Below, piece by piece: positions 38,260-51,581 of a DNA stretch of 64,000 nucleotides. The translations under genes were made by a program, and so were the position numbers. The stretch's first letter is position 1. Each line of letters begins with the position of its first letter. A model generated the notes under the pieces. It made no database searches. It saw only the letters and a list, made by a program, of their open reading frames with translations, and had not been told where the DNA came from. The DNA is from Octopus vulgaris (lineage: Eukaryota). The stretch is taken from positions 13,516,001-13,580,000 of the forward strand of contig OX597817.1 in NCBI GenBank assembly GCA_951406725.2, given 5' to 3'.

Positions 38260-39600
38260 TCATCATCATCTAACGTCCATTTTCCATGCTGGCATGGGTT
38301 GGACAGTCTGACTGAGGACTGGCAAGCCAGTAGGCTGCACCAGGCTCCAATCTGATCTGGCAAGGTTTCTACAGCTGGATGCCATTCCTAATGCCAACCA
38401 CTTCGAGAGTGTAGTATCAGGTGACACTGGCATTGACCATGTTCGGATGGTGCTTTTTACATGCCACCACCTTGGGAGCCAGTTGGGGGCACTGGCCTCA
38501 ACCATGTTTGGAAAGTGCTTTTTATATGCCACCAGCACAGGTGCCAGTCAGGCGGCACTGCCACTGGTCACGACTATGATTTCACTCGACTCAACAGGTC
38601 TTCTGAAGCACAGCATATTGCCTGGCGATTCAAGGGTACTTCTAAATGGGCTGGTTATGCAACACTGGTATCGGCCATAGCTGTGATCTTGTTTTACTCG
38701 GTGTGTCTTCCCAAGCACCGCAAATAGCCAGAAGTCTTGGAACCTTGTCATCTTGTCAGTGAGGATCTCAATATCTGAAGATCATTTCTCGTTGCTTTGT
38801 CCTATATCTTCCTGGGTCTGCTCCTTCCACAGGTTCTCTCTATGAATAGAGATCAGCACTTCTTTTAGCATCTGTCCTCATCTGTAGGCATTACATGACG
38901 ATATCACCACATAAGGCAGCGAGCTGGCAGAACCGTTAGCATGCCGGGCGAAATGCGTAGCTGTATTTCGTCTGCTGTTACGTTCTGAGTTCAAATTCCG
39001 CCGAGGTCGACTTTGCCTTTCATCCTTTCGGGGTCGATAAATTAAGTACCAGTTGTGCACTGGAGTCGATGTAATCGACTTAATCCGTTTGTCTGTCCTT
39101 GTTTGTCCCCTCTGTGTTTAGCCCCTTGTGGGTAATAAAGAAACAGATATCACCACAGTCCTCTCTTGCACAATACAGCTGATGCCTCTTACACCCAGTT
39201 TTTCTCTCAAATCAGTTACACTCTCTTGTACATGCACACTGCTATTACCCATCCAGTGGAACTTGCTGGTTCCATTTCTTTCAAGCCTTTGCATGTCCTC
39301 AGTAGTCACAACCCATGTTTCATTGCCATGTAGCATAGCTGTTTGTACACGGGCATCATACAATCTGCCTTACACCCTGAGAAAGAAGTAGTAGCTCTCT
39401 GAACTTTGCCCAGCCCATTCCTATTCTAGCATCTACACTTTCAGAGCTTCCTCCTCCCCTGCTAACTTGGTCGCCTAGGTAACCGAAGCTATCTATTACT
39501 TGTAAGGATGCCCCCAGACATTTGAAGAAGTCTATTTTCTGTACATTCTAAGCATTTGTTGTACCTGCATTCCTCCTCCTCATCATCATCTTCGTTTAAC
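38260..39600 (-). mobile_element. Older RTE copy (RT C-terminus plus 3' UTR) interrupted by a family-B SINE
   Basis: YDARVQTAMLHGNETWVVTTEDMQRLERN matches the RTE ORF; SINE at 38913-39147 has the 12-bp TSD gatatcaccaca. Confidence 0.8.
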
Positions 39601-39673
39601 ACCAGCTTTCCATGCTGGCATGGGTTGGACAGTTTGACTGAGGGCTGGTGAGCCAGAAGGCTGCACCAGGCTC

Positions 39674-40587
39674 CATTATCCTGATGGAAGAAAACCTTTT
39701 GTCTTGAAACCAAAGATGGTCGTTTCTCTTCTAGTGTTGACTTAAGCCACTCAAGCTGCTTACAGAAGCTGCTTCTTATCGTTTGATTTGGGTTTAAAAG
39801 TTCAAAGTGGACTAAACTGTTCATATCCCAAACAGATAACAACACCTTATGTGGATGAAGACCTTCTTTAGCCTAGGCTACTGATATTTCTCTTTTCCCT
39901 ACCCACTGTCTTCAGTGCTTTATAGAGAACCCATTTCTTGTCACCAGTCACTATTCAGTCCAAAAAAGGTTCAGTCATGAGATTTTGACAGCAAAGAAGG
40001 ACACACATTCACTCTATGCACACGATTAGACTCGGAAAGTTTGTGAGGAACTCATTGACCCAATTTGCTGATTTTTTTCCAATGGCATGCCGGTATCAAT
40101 GAGTGGTTGAATGACTGAATCCAAGCTTCTCTGCTAGTTCCTCAATGGTTATAATGGGATTTTGTTCCACAGGGGTTTGCAGGATGTCCTTGTTGAGTTC
40201 TACAAATCTTCCAGGACGAGGCTCATCTTCTAGGCTGTAGTTTCCAGCTCAGAATTTCCGGAACCACTGTTGACACTGGCTTATGCTTATTGTCTGATTC
40301 CCATATACTGCATTAATATTCCTTGAACTTACTGTTGTGTTGTTGCCTTTATTGAACTCATAAAGCAAAATATACTGAATATGCTCCTTTGTCACTTCCA
40401 TTATAGCTTTGTAAAAAATAACTGTTAAAATCAAACTGCACTCTTCAAAACTTGCACTAAGAATAAAAAGCAAGGTAAAATTGCTACCTGCTTTTATAGC
40501 AAGTTGATGCAGGTAGTTTATCTTGTTCCCCTCTGACTTTTAGTTCATGCAATTGAAAAAAACCACATTATTTATGAGATGACCCTG
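39674..40587 (-). mobile_element. Decayed, 3'-truncated mariner transposon
   Basis: TA|CAGGGTCATCTCATAAATAATG TIR; MEVTKEHIQYILLYEFNKG...WFRKF (HTH), LEDEPRPGR, LLSVW..VHFELLNPNQTI, FFHQDN. Confidence 0.85.
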
Positions 40588-40612
40588 TATGTTATATATA
40601 TATATATATATA

Positions 40613-40990
40613 TAAGCAAATAAATGGAGTTGAACGAAGATGTTATTAAAATTCTTTTACTTTCGACATATGTTTCGAAGACATGGTATTATTCCAAAGG
40701 AATAAACGGTGTAAAATGCAATCTTCTCATCAGGAAAGAAAGAGAGCCTATCTCAACAACAAGACATGTTGTCTTCGAAACATATGTCGAAAGTAAAAGA
40801 ATTTTAATAACATCTTCGTTCAACTCCATTTATTTACTTATAATACACAAATTACTGCACATTAACCCGGAGTTTCTACCTTTGAATAGGTCACTTCATC
40901 CGTGTAACTTGCGTGAATTTTGCTACCCTGGTAACTGTTTATTGAATTTTCCATGTTAACGGTAAACAAAGGATAATTCAGTCATCCATA
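40613..40990 (-). mobile_element. Penelope-like non-autonomous fragment with a ~70-bp inverted repeat
   Basis: (TA)n-flanked; arms 40613-40683 and 40770-40842 are near-perfect reverse complements; carries a hammerhead motif; second copy at 47575-47830. Confidence 0.65.
40660..40738 (-). ncRNA. Minimal type-I hammerhead ribozyme motif
   Basis: Minus strand reads CUUUC-CUGAUGA-GAAGA-(40 nt)-UCUUC-GAAA-CAUAUG-UC-GAAAG: intact core, stem I CUUUC/GAAAG, stem II GAAGA/UCUUC, palindromic stem III. Confidence 0.75.
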
Positions 40991-41387
40991 TATAAATAGA
41001 TAGACACGCACACTCATGATTTGTTAGCAAGAGTGTGTGTGTATGTATATATATATATATATATATATACATACATACATACACACACATACACATGTGC
41101 TGTGTGTGTGTATACGTGTGTGCGCAACATGTTTCTTTCAGTTTCCATCTACCAAATCCAATTAGAAGGCTTTGATTTGTCTGGGGCTGTAATAGAAGAC
41201 ACTTACTCAAGGTGTCCCACGTGGGACTGAACCTGAGATCACAAAGCCATGTCTGCACCTGTGTGTATGTGTGTGTGTTGCACACATAAATATGCATCAT
41301 CATGCATGTGGCATTTTTATCTAATCGCACTATTTAATCAGACAGAAAACCTCCCACCTTATAAGCAGGAACATGTGATACATGTGT

Positions 41388-41618
41388 GTCCGCCAGCCTC
41401 ACCGTCCGACAGCCTCATCTGGCACCTGTGTCGGTGGCACATAAAATCACCCACTACACTCTCGGAGTGGTTGGCGTTAGGAAGGGCATCCAGCTGTAGA
41501 AACACTGCCAGATCTGACTGGCCTGGTGCAGCCTTCGGGCTCCCCAGACCCCAGTTGAACCGTCCAACCCATGCTAGCATGGAAAACGGACGCTAAATGA
41601 TGATGATGATGATGATGA
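41388..41618 (+). mobile_element. RTE 3'-end fragment
   Basis: Nearly identical to 30600-30820. Confidence 0.85.
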
Positions 41619-43779
41619 TATATATATATATAAGAATATTTCAATGGGTGAATTGGTTAATGTACTATAAAGCTAATGATCAGTTTTTATCACTTTATCT
41701 CACTGTGTCCTTAGATATTCAATGTCCTCAAGTTAAGCCCATAGTTTCTGGCCTGAAGAAAGAAGAGGTGTGCATATTTGATATACTTTCTGTAAACCTG
41801 GAAATTTATAACTTACTAAATACATAGAACACAAGAAGTTTTTGCTGTGTCATCGGTCATCCTTGATTGAGCCAACCTATTTATTATCAATAACATCCCA
41901 GATTTAGTCGCATTGTATTTTTGTATATCTAGGACTACATTATTCTGTTTAAAGATGGTCAGATGTAATTAGAGGGAACTTGACTGCTATTACCAGTAGG
42001 TTGTTCAGTTACATAAATGATCTTTCATTGATTTGAACCCTTATAGTTTCAGATTAGTGTAGTTTGGTCAAACAGATTGTTCGCCTGTTGTTTTCAGTTG
42101 AAAGATGTGACATAGCAAGGGTAAATGCAGGGGAATATTTGGATTCAGTGTGCCTATTTTTTGGGGGGCAGGAGTCATGACATATTCAGAGAAGAAAGGA
42201 CTGCTCCTATGACTTTATTTTAGAGCCTCTGAAGTTGGTGTTGGGGACAAAGAGGAATGAACTAGAACTCCTGGGGATTCTGCTTACACTTGAGTGAACT
42301 CCACTGAAGATGGCCTTGGGCCGTACGGTGGAGTCCTTCACTGTTTACTTGTTGATGTTAAGATAAAGCAGCTGGCTGTAAAAATATTTGGTTCTCTTAT
42401 AAACCCAGCAAACTTTTGAGTATGAAAAACTATGTAATTTATACTGTCATGGAAGAATTAATTACCATTAGCTCATAGAATAATCATTTTGTTTGAAATT
42501 AAGTCAATGAATTCTAGTGATGTAGTGACCAACCAGGAAAAATGTTAACAGCTTAGATCGTGTCACTAACCACTGTATTATTCCTTAAAAGTAGGCATTA
42601 TTATAATTATAGTAATTTATCTAATGTGTTGGCAAAAAAAGGTTATAGAAATGCTAACTATTAACTCCAGTTACTTTGATGACTACTGAATTCTAGGTCG
42701 TGACATTTGGGAGACATTCTCAGACAAGACACAGTATCATAGCCAACAGCAATCCTGTATCAGTCTTGTATTCTCTGTTCTATTCAATCCACCCTTTATT
42801 TTGTGGAGTAACAGTGTGATAATTGGATTTCCCATACTTCAGTACAAGGTTAATAGCTGAATGGAAATATAGTGAAATCTTTGTATGAATTAGAAATGAA
42901 AATAGCTCTAAAATATCTGTTCTGGTGAAGACTAATCATGCAAATAGCAAATGCTCTAATTTTCTTACACAGAAAAGTAAAGCAATTTCTCATATAGGAA
43001 GAGTACACATTCAGTAAAAATGATCTATGTATATAAGTGCACACACTCTAATATATATATATGTGTGAGTGTGTATGTATATATGTGCGTGTGTATCGGT
43101 GTGCACATACACTATTTGTGTGTGTATGTACGCACACACACACACATTTCATGTTTTTATCAGTACACTCAAGAGACAGTTGGTTTACCCCAAGGCATTA
43201 GTAGAAGATATTTACCCAGTGTGCTGTGCATAGCACTGAACCTAAGACCTCATGGCTGCAAAGTGAACTTGTTAACCATACAGCCATGCCTGCACTTAGT
43301 TATGGGCAACAGTTTTCCAATGAAAGGCATAATGGAAGTACCGGTGTTATAATGAAGGTTGTAAAATTCACATATCAATATGAATAAGTTCAACTTTCTT
43401 TCTCACGCTTTCTCTTTCCTTCACACACAGACACACACACACACAATCCCATGCAATGTTTGCAATACTTGTGTATTGTGACACATAAGTATATTTGTTC
43501 AGAGTAGTTTATTGTTTCTTGGCACCAAAGTTATAATCCTCTTGTGTAGTTAAAATATCAAAGGACGCTAATAAAAAGAATATTATAAATACCATAACTG
43601 AGACCTTTGTTATAGATTATCAGCATCTATAGAAATTGCTATGTTTTAACACATAGCAATATAGTTCAATATAAGCAATATGTATCCTCACCAAACTAAT
43701 ACAACAGTACCATAGTGATAAACATTACATAAGTGATTAACTAAATGATTTCTTATCTTTGTGTAAAGTGACTTGTTAA

Positions 43780-44000
43780 CCCTTTCGTTACTGTATTTAT
43801 TTTGAGATGCTCTGTGTTTCTTCCAATTATTTTAAATATAACAAAGAATTTAGTAAAATAACATCGTTATCATTGAGCTAGTGTTAGGAACATAATTTGT
43901 GACTAAGGTTTGGTGGAAGATTTTAATTCAAAACTTATGAAAACAAGACATTTGTACTAAAGAGCCAGAGCCGGTTTCAGCTGGTTTGGTAACGAAAGGG
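43780..44000. mobile_element. piggyBac-type MITE (family 1)
   Basis: TTAA|CCCTTTCGTTAC ... GTAACGAAAGGG|TTAA. Confidence 0.85.
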
Positions 44001-46789
44001 TTAATGGAACTGCTGATTAGTTTAATTGCAATCGGGCAGGATTTGAACCTTGCAAAATAAGTACCAATTCCAGAACTCTTGTTTTGTCATCCTATCACCT
44101 TTAGTAATAGTGAAGTAATGCTAAAGTGGAATTGAGAAATAGGTTTTATTTAACTTTTTCTCACTTCCTCTTTGTAATTAATACCTATAAATGTTGTAGG
44201 CAATTGTCATGAGAGCACTGGTTTACTTGTCCAGTTGTGTCAGTGTGTCATTAGAGTATTGATCCAGTGACCAAATGGTTGTTGGGTTCATGTCCAGCCA
44301 GGATACGTTTCACTATTCGCCTCTGAAGAAGTGACTCAACACTCAATGATCATGATCTAGCTGTAAATAAGTACTGTTAATTTTATGGCTCTCAACATAA
44401 AGCAGTACAAGTGGCTTTCTGTGTGGCATTGCAATTTCTCTCTGGGTCTGCAAAAAAAAAAAAAAAGGGGGGGGGGCAATTATGCCACGCTTGGTTTCGC
44501 GTTTAATGTCAACATAAAAACTGTATTCATTGCTTTTAACTTGGCACAGAGCCTCAGGTTTACAGAATAGAGGAAACAGACGTGACATTTATGTTTTTCT
44601 AAGCGCTTTAGCAATATCACATGGAGCAGCTACCACTGAGAATTAGAAGCTGATCTTCATTCATTGGGTGCCTTCTACTGCTCTACTGCACTTGTGTGCA
44701 AATATTATAGATATTTTGACCATTATAGGTTCTTCTGATAATTGTTGGACCACGATAAAATCTCTATTACCATTGTGATAAATTATCTTGGTTGCATATA
44801 GTTACATTATGTTGATATCTCGTTGCCGCATATGGCTTAATCCAGCAGTTTGCTATTGATTTGCTCCATCATTTAGATTAATAGCTGCCGTTTACTGTAT
44901 TCTGTTGTTTTTTTTTTTATATCTCGATGGTGTGCGCATTGTTTACAAATGTCATTCTGTGTATATTGGAAAGGTTCTATCGTATAAATAAATGCATGCA
45001 TGCTCACAAGCACATGCATGTACACACATACTCACACACAACATCTCAATAGCTAATAGCTGGAGCTGAATAAATTAAATATTTAAAGAAACATTGCCAG
45101 GAAAATGATGCTATGGTCTACCGTTTACTAGGAGTTAGTAGACTAATATATTAACTTGACTTTTCTTTTGGTTCTGAATTATTAATGAATTGGTCGGTTG
45201 ACTAATTTCTACAATGTCTATATAGATTACAGTTTGCTTATACAAACGCTGCAGAATGGCGATAAGTTTTCTGCCTACCACATCAGCAACCCAATCTCAG
45301 TGCTGTAAGAGTAACGATGCGTCTTGCTTATGTTGCAAACATTCTTTGGAAAAGTACATCTATCACGACTTCTTATTCTTCCGCCTTTAAATGACTGGCT
45401 TCACATATGTCAGTTTAGTTATGTTTGATAGCTTGGAAGAAGATGGACTCAATTAAGCTTATATGTTGTCCTTGACATAGTACTTAAAGATAAATATCTT
45501 TAGTGATGTTGCACTGACCTAATACATTAAAGACATGATTTATTACCTATTAAAATTTAGTCAATATTTCTCATTCATCTGTTTTGCTTTTTACTCAGTT
45601 GTTTTGCTTTTTCATGCTATTAAACATATAATTTATGTTTAGTTTCTGCTTATTCAGTATATTACATGCCTTACTAAAAGACAAATAGAAAATCTTTTAA
45701 AAACCATTCAAATTCAAGTAAATTACCAGCTCACCTTTTGAAATTGATTTTATTTTAATGGAATTATTAGAAAATTTACATTTTTTTCCCCTAAATTTCT
45801 TTCTGAATTTTTTTTTTTTTTTTTTTTTTGTGCAGGTGGAGAAAGGAACATTTAGTTTCTTTAGATTTAATTTGTACTTTATCTTATAGTTTACTGACAG
45901 TTAATCACAGTTGTTTATTATATTATTCATACTATGATTTTCAAAAAAAAAAAACAGAGTTTTGGATTTACTTGTGCTCTAAACTATTTAATAATTCATC
46001 TTAATCCCCCCTGGGTCTTCTGCAGCACTACATCTCATCACTTGTTAAAACCCTTTATCGTCTTTGAAAAATTTTAGCATCCTGAGATAAGCCGACTCCA
46101 TTTCTTCCCACATTTTCATTAGTTTTCACCTTTTGCATTCTCCTTCCACTTGGATATTATTCACCTGACTATCATTCATCATTTGCATTCCATATCTGTA
46201 CCAGTGCATTCTTCAGCTGATTCCTCTCAACCCTTTTTTCCCCCTTGGTTCAGTTGTACTCCTTCATTCATGCATACTGACATTGCCTATTCAGTGGAGT
46301 ATGTTCATTTTTTTTTTTTTAGCTTTCATATATCCTCCAGATTCAGTACCCATGTCTCACTACTCTGCAATATTGTACTTTGTACACAAGCATCATACAG
46401 TCACCATATATTCTCTTCAGTGAGACAGTTATAGGTTCTTGGCAATGAGCAAGCCATTATATCTTACATTTATTAACTTGAAAGAGAGCCTTCACAGTGT
46501 TCTATACTCTGTAACTGGAAAGGCACTAAAAATTTGAGTATAGATGAATTGTTTGTGAGAGCCATGCTGGCCAGGTATAAAATACTGTCCGTATGGTGAG
46601 AATTAGCAATGTCTAGCTTTGGTTTTTGGCTCCTTCTTGTTCATTTTGTTATCTAATCCACAAAGAAAGGAGTTAAAGGTCAGCAGTCTGTGTGAATTTT
46701 TGTAGGCTAATGGTCTAATTTTCATAACTGAATCTTTTGAAAGATTCCTTCAAATAATCCTAGCAAAGACAAAAGTTTTAATTAAAGAA

Positions 46790-47003
46790 GCACTGCATCC
46801 TTCAAAACTTCCATGCTTCCTGAGATTCGCCAACACTACACCTGATTTTCTCCCTTCCATACACACGCAAGCATGTATCTGACTCATACATTGTTCGCTT
46901 TCCAGACATTTCTACATTACTGCATGTGCTTTATATGCACTTTCAGACAAGTTGTGGTGCACCTGAGCACTGTATACAATAATTTCATTATTATTATTAT
47001 TAT
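46790..47003 (+). mobile_element. CR1-type LINE 3' end
   Basis: Matches the element at 58568-58880; (TTA)n tail. Confidence 0.7.
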
Positions 47004-47574
47004 AAGACAGAACTCAACAACTGCTGACTAGGAAGTGGTCATGCTCAATAAAGAATAGGCTGGTTGAGATGCTACTGTGTGTTTTGGGTGTCACTTCAGA
47101 AATGGAACCGCCTGTGGACTGTTGGCAATCTTTCCTTATTTTTCTTTCCTTCTCTTTGGACTTTACTGTTTCCGACAATTGGGCACTCTTCCTTCACTGG
47201 GTGCCCAATTAATATATTTCTTGTGGATGTCCTCACATTAATTCTTTTTCTTTTTTTCTCTGTTTTTCAATTGTTTATTTGAATTGACTACATGTTGCTT
47301 GTATTGGTTATAAGTTTAAAGTCCCTAACTATTCCTTTTATGTATATATTGAACACAACTACTTTTTAGATGGCAGTAGAGTCCTGTTTTCTTTCCTGTT
47401 AGCTAAAACTTTGTCTTTGCTGGGTTACTTTTAAGAACCTTAATTCTAGACTTTGCTTCCATGTTTGGAATCTTTTCTCTAGTTCTTCAACAGAGTCAGC
47501 CATAAGAATTAGATGTTTGTGGATGCCTGCTGCATATGTGTGTGTGAGCCAGTATATATATATATATAAATGAA

Positions 47575-47830
47575 TAAATAAATAAATGGAGTTGAGTGAA
47601 GATGCTAATAAAATTCTTTTACTTTCGACATGTTTCGAAGACAACATGGTTTTATTCCAAAGGAATAAACGGTGTAAAATGCAATCTTCCCATCAGGAAA
47701 GAAAGAGAGCCTCTCTCAACAACAAGGCATTATAACAATTACGTGAATTTGCTACCCTGGTAACGGTTCATTGAATTTTCCATGTTAACGGTAAACATAG
47801 GATAATTCATTCACCCATTGAAATATTCTT
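47575..47830 (-). mobile_element. Second Penelope-like fragment with a variant hammerhead motif (47622-47701)
   Basis: Closely similar to 40620-40990; core CUGAUGG...GAAA CAUG UC. Confidence 0.6.
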
Positions 47831-49267
47831 ATATATATATATATATATATATATACATACACACACACATACACACATGTATCACATGTTCCTGCTTATA
47901 AGGTGGGAGGTTTTCTGTCTGATTAAGATTCTGGATATCGGAGGTTGTCTTACAAACAAGGTTTACCAGTCAGATGTAACTTTTTCAAGGAAATGGGCAG
48001 GGGTTGTTCCTTTTCAAGAAATGATTGGTTAATGTAAACTTACATCAAGAAATGTATGTGTGGCTAAGATTATGTTTGCTGTGAATTGCTGATAGACAAA
48101 CTTTGAAGTCACTCATGACAACTGAGTTATAATAAAATTATAATGAAGTTTTTATACTTTAAATTTGCAATCATCATTAGTCAATAAAATATAATCATTG
48201 TTCTTCATTATCATCACTACTGTCTTTATCATTTTACAGCCACTTTTCATGTTGGCATGGGATGGATGGTTTGACAAGGGCTGACAAGCTAGATGATTGC
48301 ACTAAGCTCTACTTCCTGCCTTGGTATGCTTTCTACGGCTGGATGCCCTTCTTACTGCCAGTCATTTTACAGAGTGTACTGGGTGCTTTTTATGTTGCAC
48401 CAATGATTCATAAGATTTAAGTAATATACCCCTACACCATGCCAAAGAATAGGAAAATGGAACCTCTATGATGCAAAAGCCCAACCTGAAAGTGACTGGT
48501 GGCTCTTGAATTCTTTAATTGGTTTCAGCCTGGGGCTGTGACCATACTGGGAAACTGCTAAACAAAACTTGGACTGCTCAGAGAAACATGAACTTGGTAT
48601 TACAGAGAAATACTGAGAGACTGAGCTCAAAAGAAGACACATTCAGAAATACCTCAACACATGCTTTGGAAAAGAAAATACAAAAAAATACTGAGTTATA
48701 TTGGCTCCTTATGAGGAAATGGAAACAAAACCTAAGGAGAGGGTTTTAGAACTTTGTTCTAATGGCCATATTGTTACACATGCAACTGTTTGCTCCCACA
48801 CTCTGTTAATTGCTGAGGAACTGGGATATAGCTAATTTAAAATGTCATATAGCTGCAGTGCTTGCTTTATGAACTGCTGACATGAATTGACTCTCAGTCA
48901 GTAGACATGCACTGCATAAAAATTCCCGACAGATGTGGAGGATAAAATAATGAAATTTCAGTCGTTTGTCATTGACTTATGTGAAATTATAGAACAGACA
49001 TTTTCCCACACACCTTATTTTTTCAGCTGGAAACACATTTTGTTTGTGAAGCAATGTCAGTATGTTTTGTCATGCTTTATTTTTAGATTTTAGTAATTAG
49101 TTGAACCATTGTTTTTATGGTTTGCTCATTCTTTCTGAATATTTAACCTTGTCTGAAAAGAGTATTAAAGCAAAATACCACAGATAAGGGGAATAAGAAA
49201 ACGGACCTGCATAATTAGCAAGTTGGTTGTCTTATAACTAGGATACATATCACTAAAGATATTAACA

Positions 49268-49563
49268 ACGTGGCCGTAGCCAGTACCGCATCGACTGGCC
49301 TCCGTGCTGGTGGCACGTAAAAAGCACCATCCGATCGTGGCCATTCGCCAGCCTCGTCTGGCACCTGTGTCGGTGGCACGTAAAAAGCACCCACTACACT
49401 CACGGAGTGGTTGGCGTTAGGAAGGGCATCCAGCTGTAGAAACACTGCCAGATAAGACTGGAGCCTGGTGCAGCCTTCTGGCTTCCCAGATCCCCGGTCG
49501 AACCGTCCAACCCATGCTAGCATGGAAAGCGGACGTTAAACGATGATGATGATGATGATGATG
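49268..49563 (+). mobile_element. RTE 3'-end fragment
   Basis: RTE 3' UTR plus (GAT)n. Confidence 0.85.
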
Positions 49564-50009
49564 TGAATCAAAATAAGAAAAGAAAAGAAAAGCACCTGAT
49601 AATACTTCATTGGTACCCCTGTTGTTAGAAATGCCATGAACCAGTCATTGGCCTGTTGCAAAGCTATAAACAACAATGCTATTGTTCACAAATTGCAATA
49701 TGAAATAAATAAAGTATATATATATCCTGCGATTTGTATTCATGTTACTGATTAATTACGAGTTATCTTGAACTCTTTAAAATCTCTAATTTATAATTTT
49801 ATTTGAGCTAAACCTTTTCTGTCTTCCAAATCCACTCACAAGGCTTTGGTCGGCTCTAGGCTATAGCAGAAGACACTTGCCAAGATGCCACGCAGTGGGA
49901 CTGAACCCAGAACCGTGTGGCTGGTTAGCAAGCTACTTACCACACAGCCTGGGTGTATATTATGGGTGCAAAATCATAATATGCTGCGTTCTTACCAACA
50001 ATTAATACA

Positions 50010-50026
50010 CACTCTCTCTCTCTTTC

Positions 50027-50082
<56 letters not shown>

Positions 50083-50095
50083 ACTCACTCACTCT
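50010..50095. repeat. Compound (CT)n(CTGT)n(CTCA)n microsatellite
   Basis: Direct reading. Confidence 0.9.
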
Positions 50096-50248
50096 GATGG
50101 TGATGTGCTGAATACATGGCAAATTATCATAGAAGATTGGGGGCTCAAATTCCTGCTACATTAACTCCCACAGGAATATTATGCTATCAGTGGAGCATCA
50201 ATATAGATCAGGGCTATGAAGGAGTAAGGAGAGCCACATATGGTTTAA

Positions 50249-50470
50249 CCCTTTTCATTACTGTATTTATTTTGAGATGCTCTGTGTTTCTTCCAATTAC
50301 TTTAAATTTAAGAAAGAATTTAGTAAAATAACATCGTTATCATTGAGCTAGTGTTAGGAACATAAATTGTGACTAAGATTTGGTGGAAATTTTGAATTCG
50401 AAACTTATGAAAACAAGACATTTATACTAAAGAGCCAGAGCCGGTTTCAGCCGGGTTGGTAACGAAAGGG
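50249..50470. mobile_element. piggyBac-type MITE (family 1)
   Basis: TTAA flanks, CCC...GGG termini, near-identical to 43780-44000. Confidence 0.85.
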
Positions 50471-51581
50471 TTAAAAGAATTAGCAGAAAACAAATAGCTG
50501 GTGTTTCAGATATTTCATTACTGATCATGTCTTTGGATAACATAATGAAATATTTCTCTATGTCATATGAAGATGTGGCTGCTGGTTGAATTATTTATCA
50601 ATTATTGATTATTGATAAATTTGTAATGACATGTCTGAAATATGAACCATTTTTTTTTTTTTTTTCTGTTTATGCTTTTAAACTACATCAATCCATCTCT
50701 TTTTTGGTTTGGGCCTGGTTTGGACTTTGTGCAAATCAGCCCTTATTCAGAGTTACTGCCTGGGTGGGTGAGTGACCCACAATCCCACTATTTCATTTTT
50801 AGCTTGGATTTTATAACTGGTTACCCTTCTTGTCACCAACTGCTTTAATGTGTACTAAGTGCACTATATCTTGCCACCAACGCTAGAAAGATTGTGTCTC
50901 AGCTAGATGTCCTTCCTAACGCCAACCACTCCAAGAGTGTAGTGGTGCTTTTTACATGTCATCGGCATCGAAGCCAGTCATGTGGCACTGGCATTGGCCA
51001 TGTTCAGATGGTGCTTTTTACGTGCCACTGGCACAGGAGCCAGTCAGGGAGAGGGGACTGGCATCGACCACATTTGGATGGTGCTTTTATCTGCCACTGG
51101 CACAGGGAGCCAGTCAGGCGGTACTGGCAATGACCCATGCATGAATGGTGTTTATTGCGTGCCACCAGCATGGGAGCCAGTCATGTGGAAGTGGCATCGG
51201 CCACCAAGGACTTCATTGTTTATCGAGATGGTAGGGTGTGATTTGAGGAAGATTTGGCTGCATTTCCTGTAGATTGAATAATCATCTTGATTTGAGTGTT
51301 ATTCAGTATTAATATCACTGATATTGTTGTTGAAGGTGCTGTATGGCTGAATAGTTAAGAAGTTCACTTTGCAACCTCGAGATTCTGGGTTTGATTCCAC
51401 TCTGTGGCATTGGGTCAGACTATCTGCTGTGAGTGAAATTGGGTTGACAGAAATTGTATGGAACCCATTGGATGGATTGTACTTGTAATTGCAAAGTACA
51501 ACCTTGCCACACATACGCTGTTTTGCTGGTTTCACCTGGGAATTATATTAAGGGCACCCGTGTCTGTGGAATCTTCAACCT

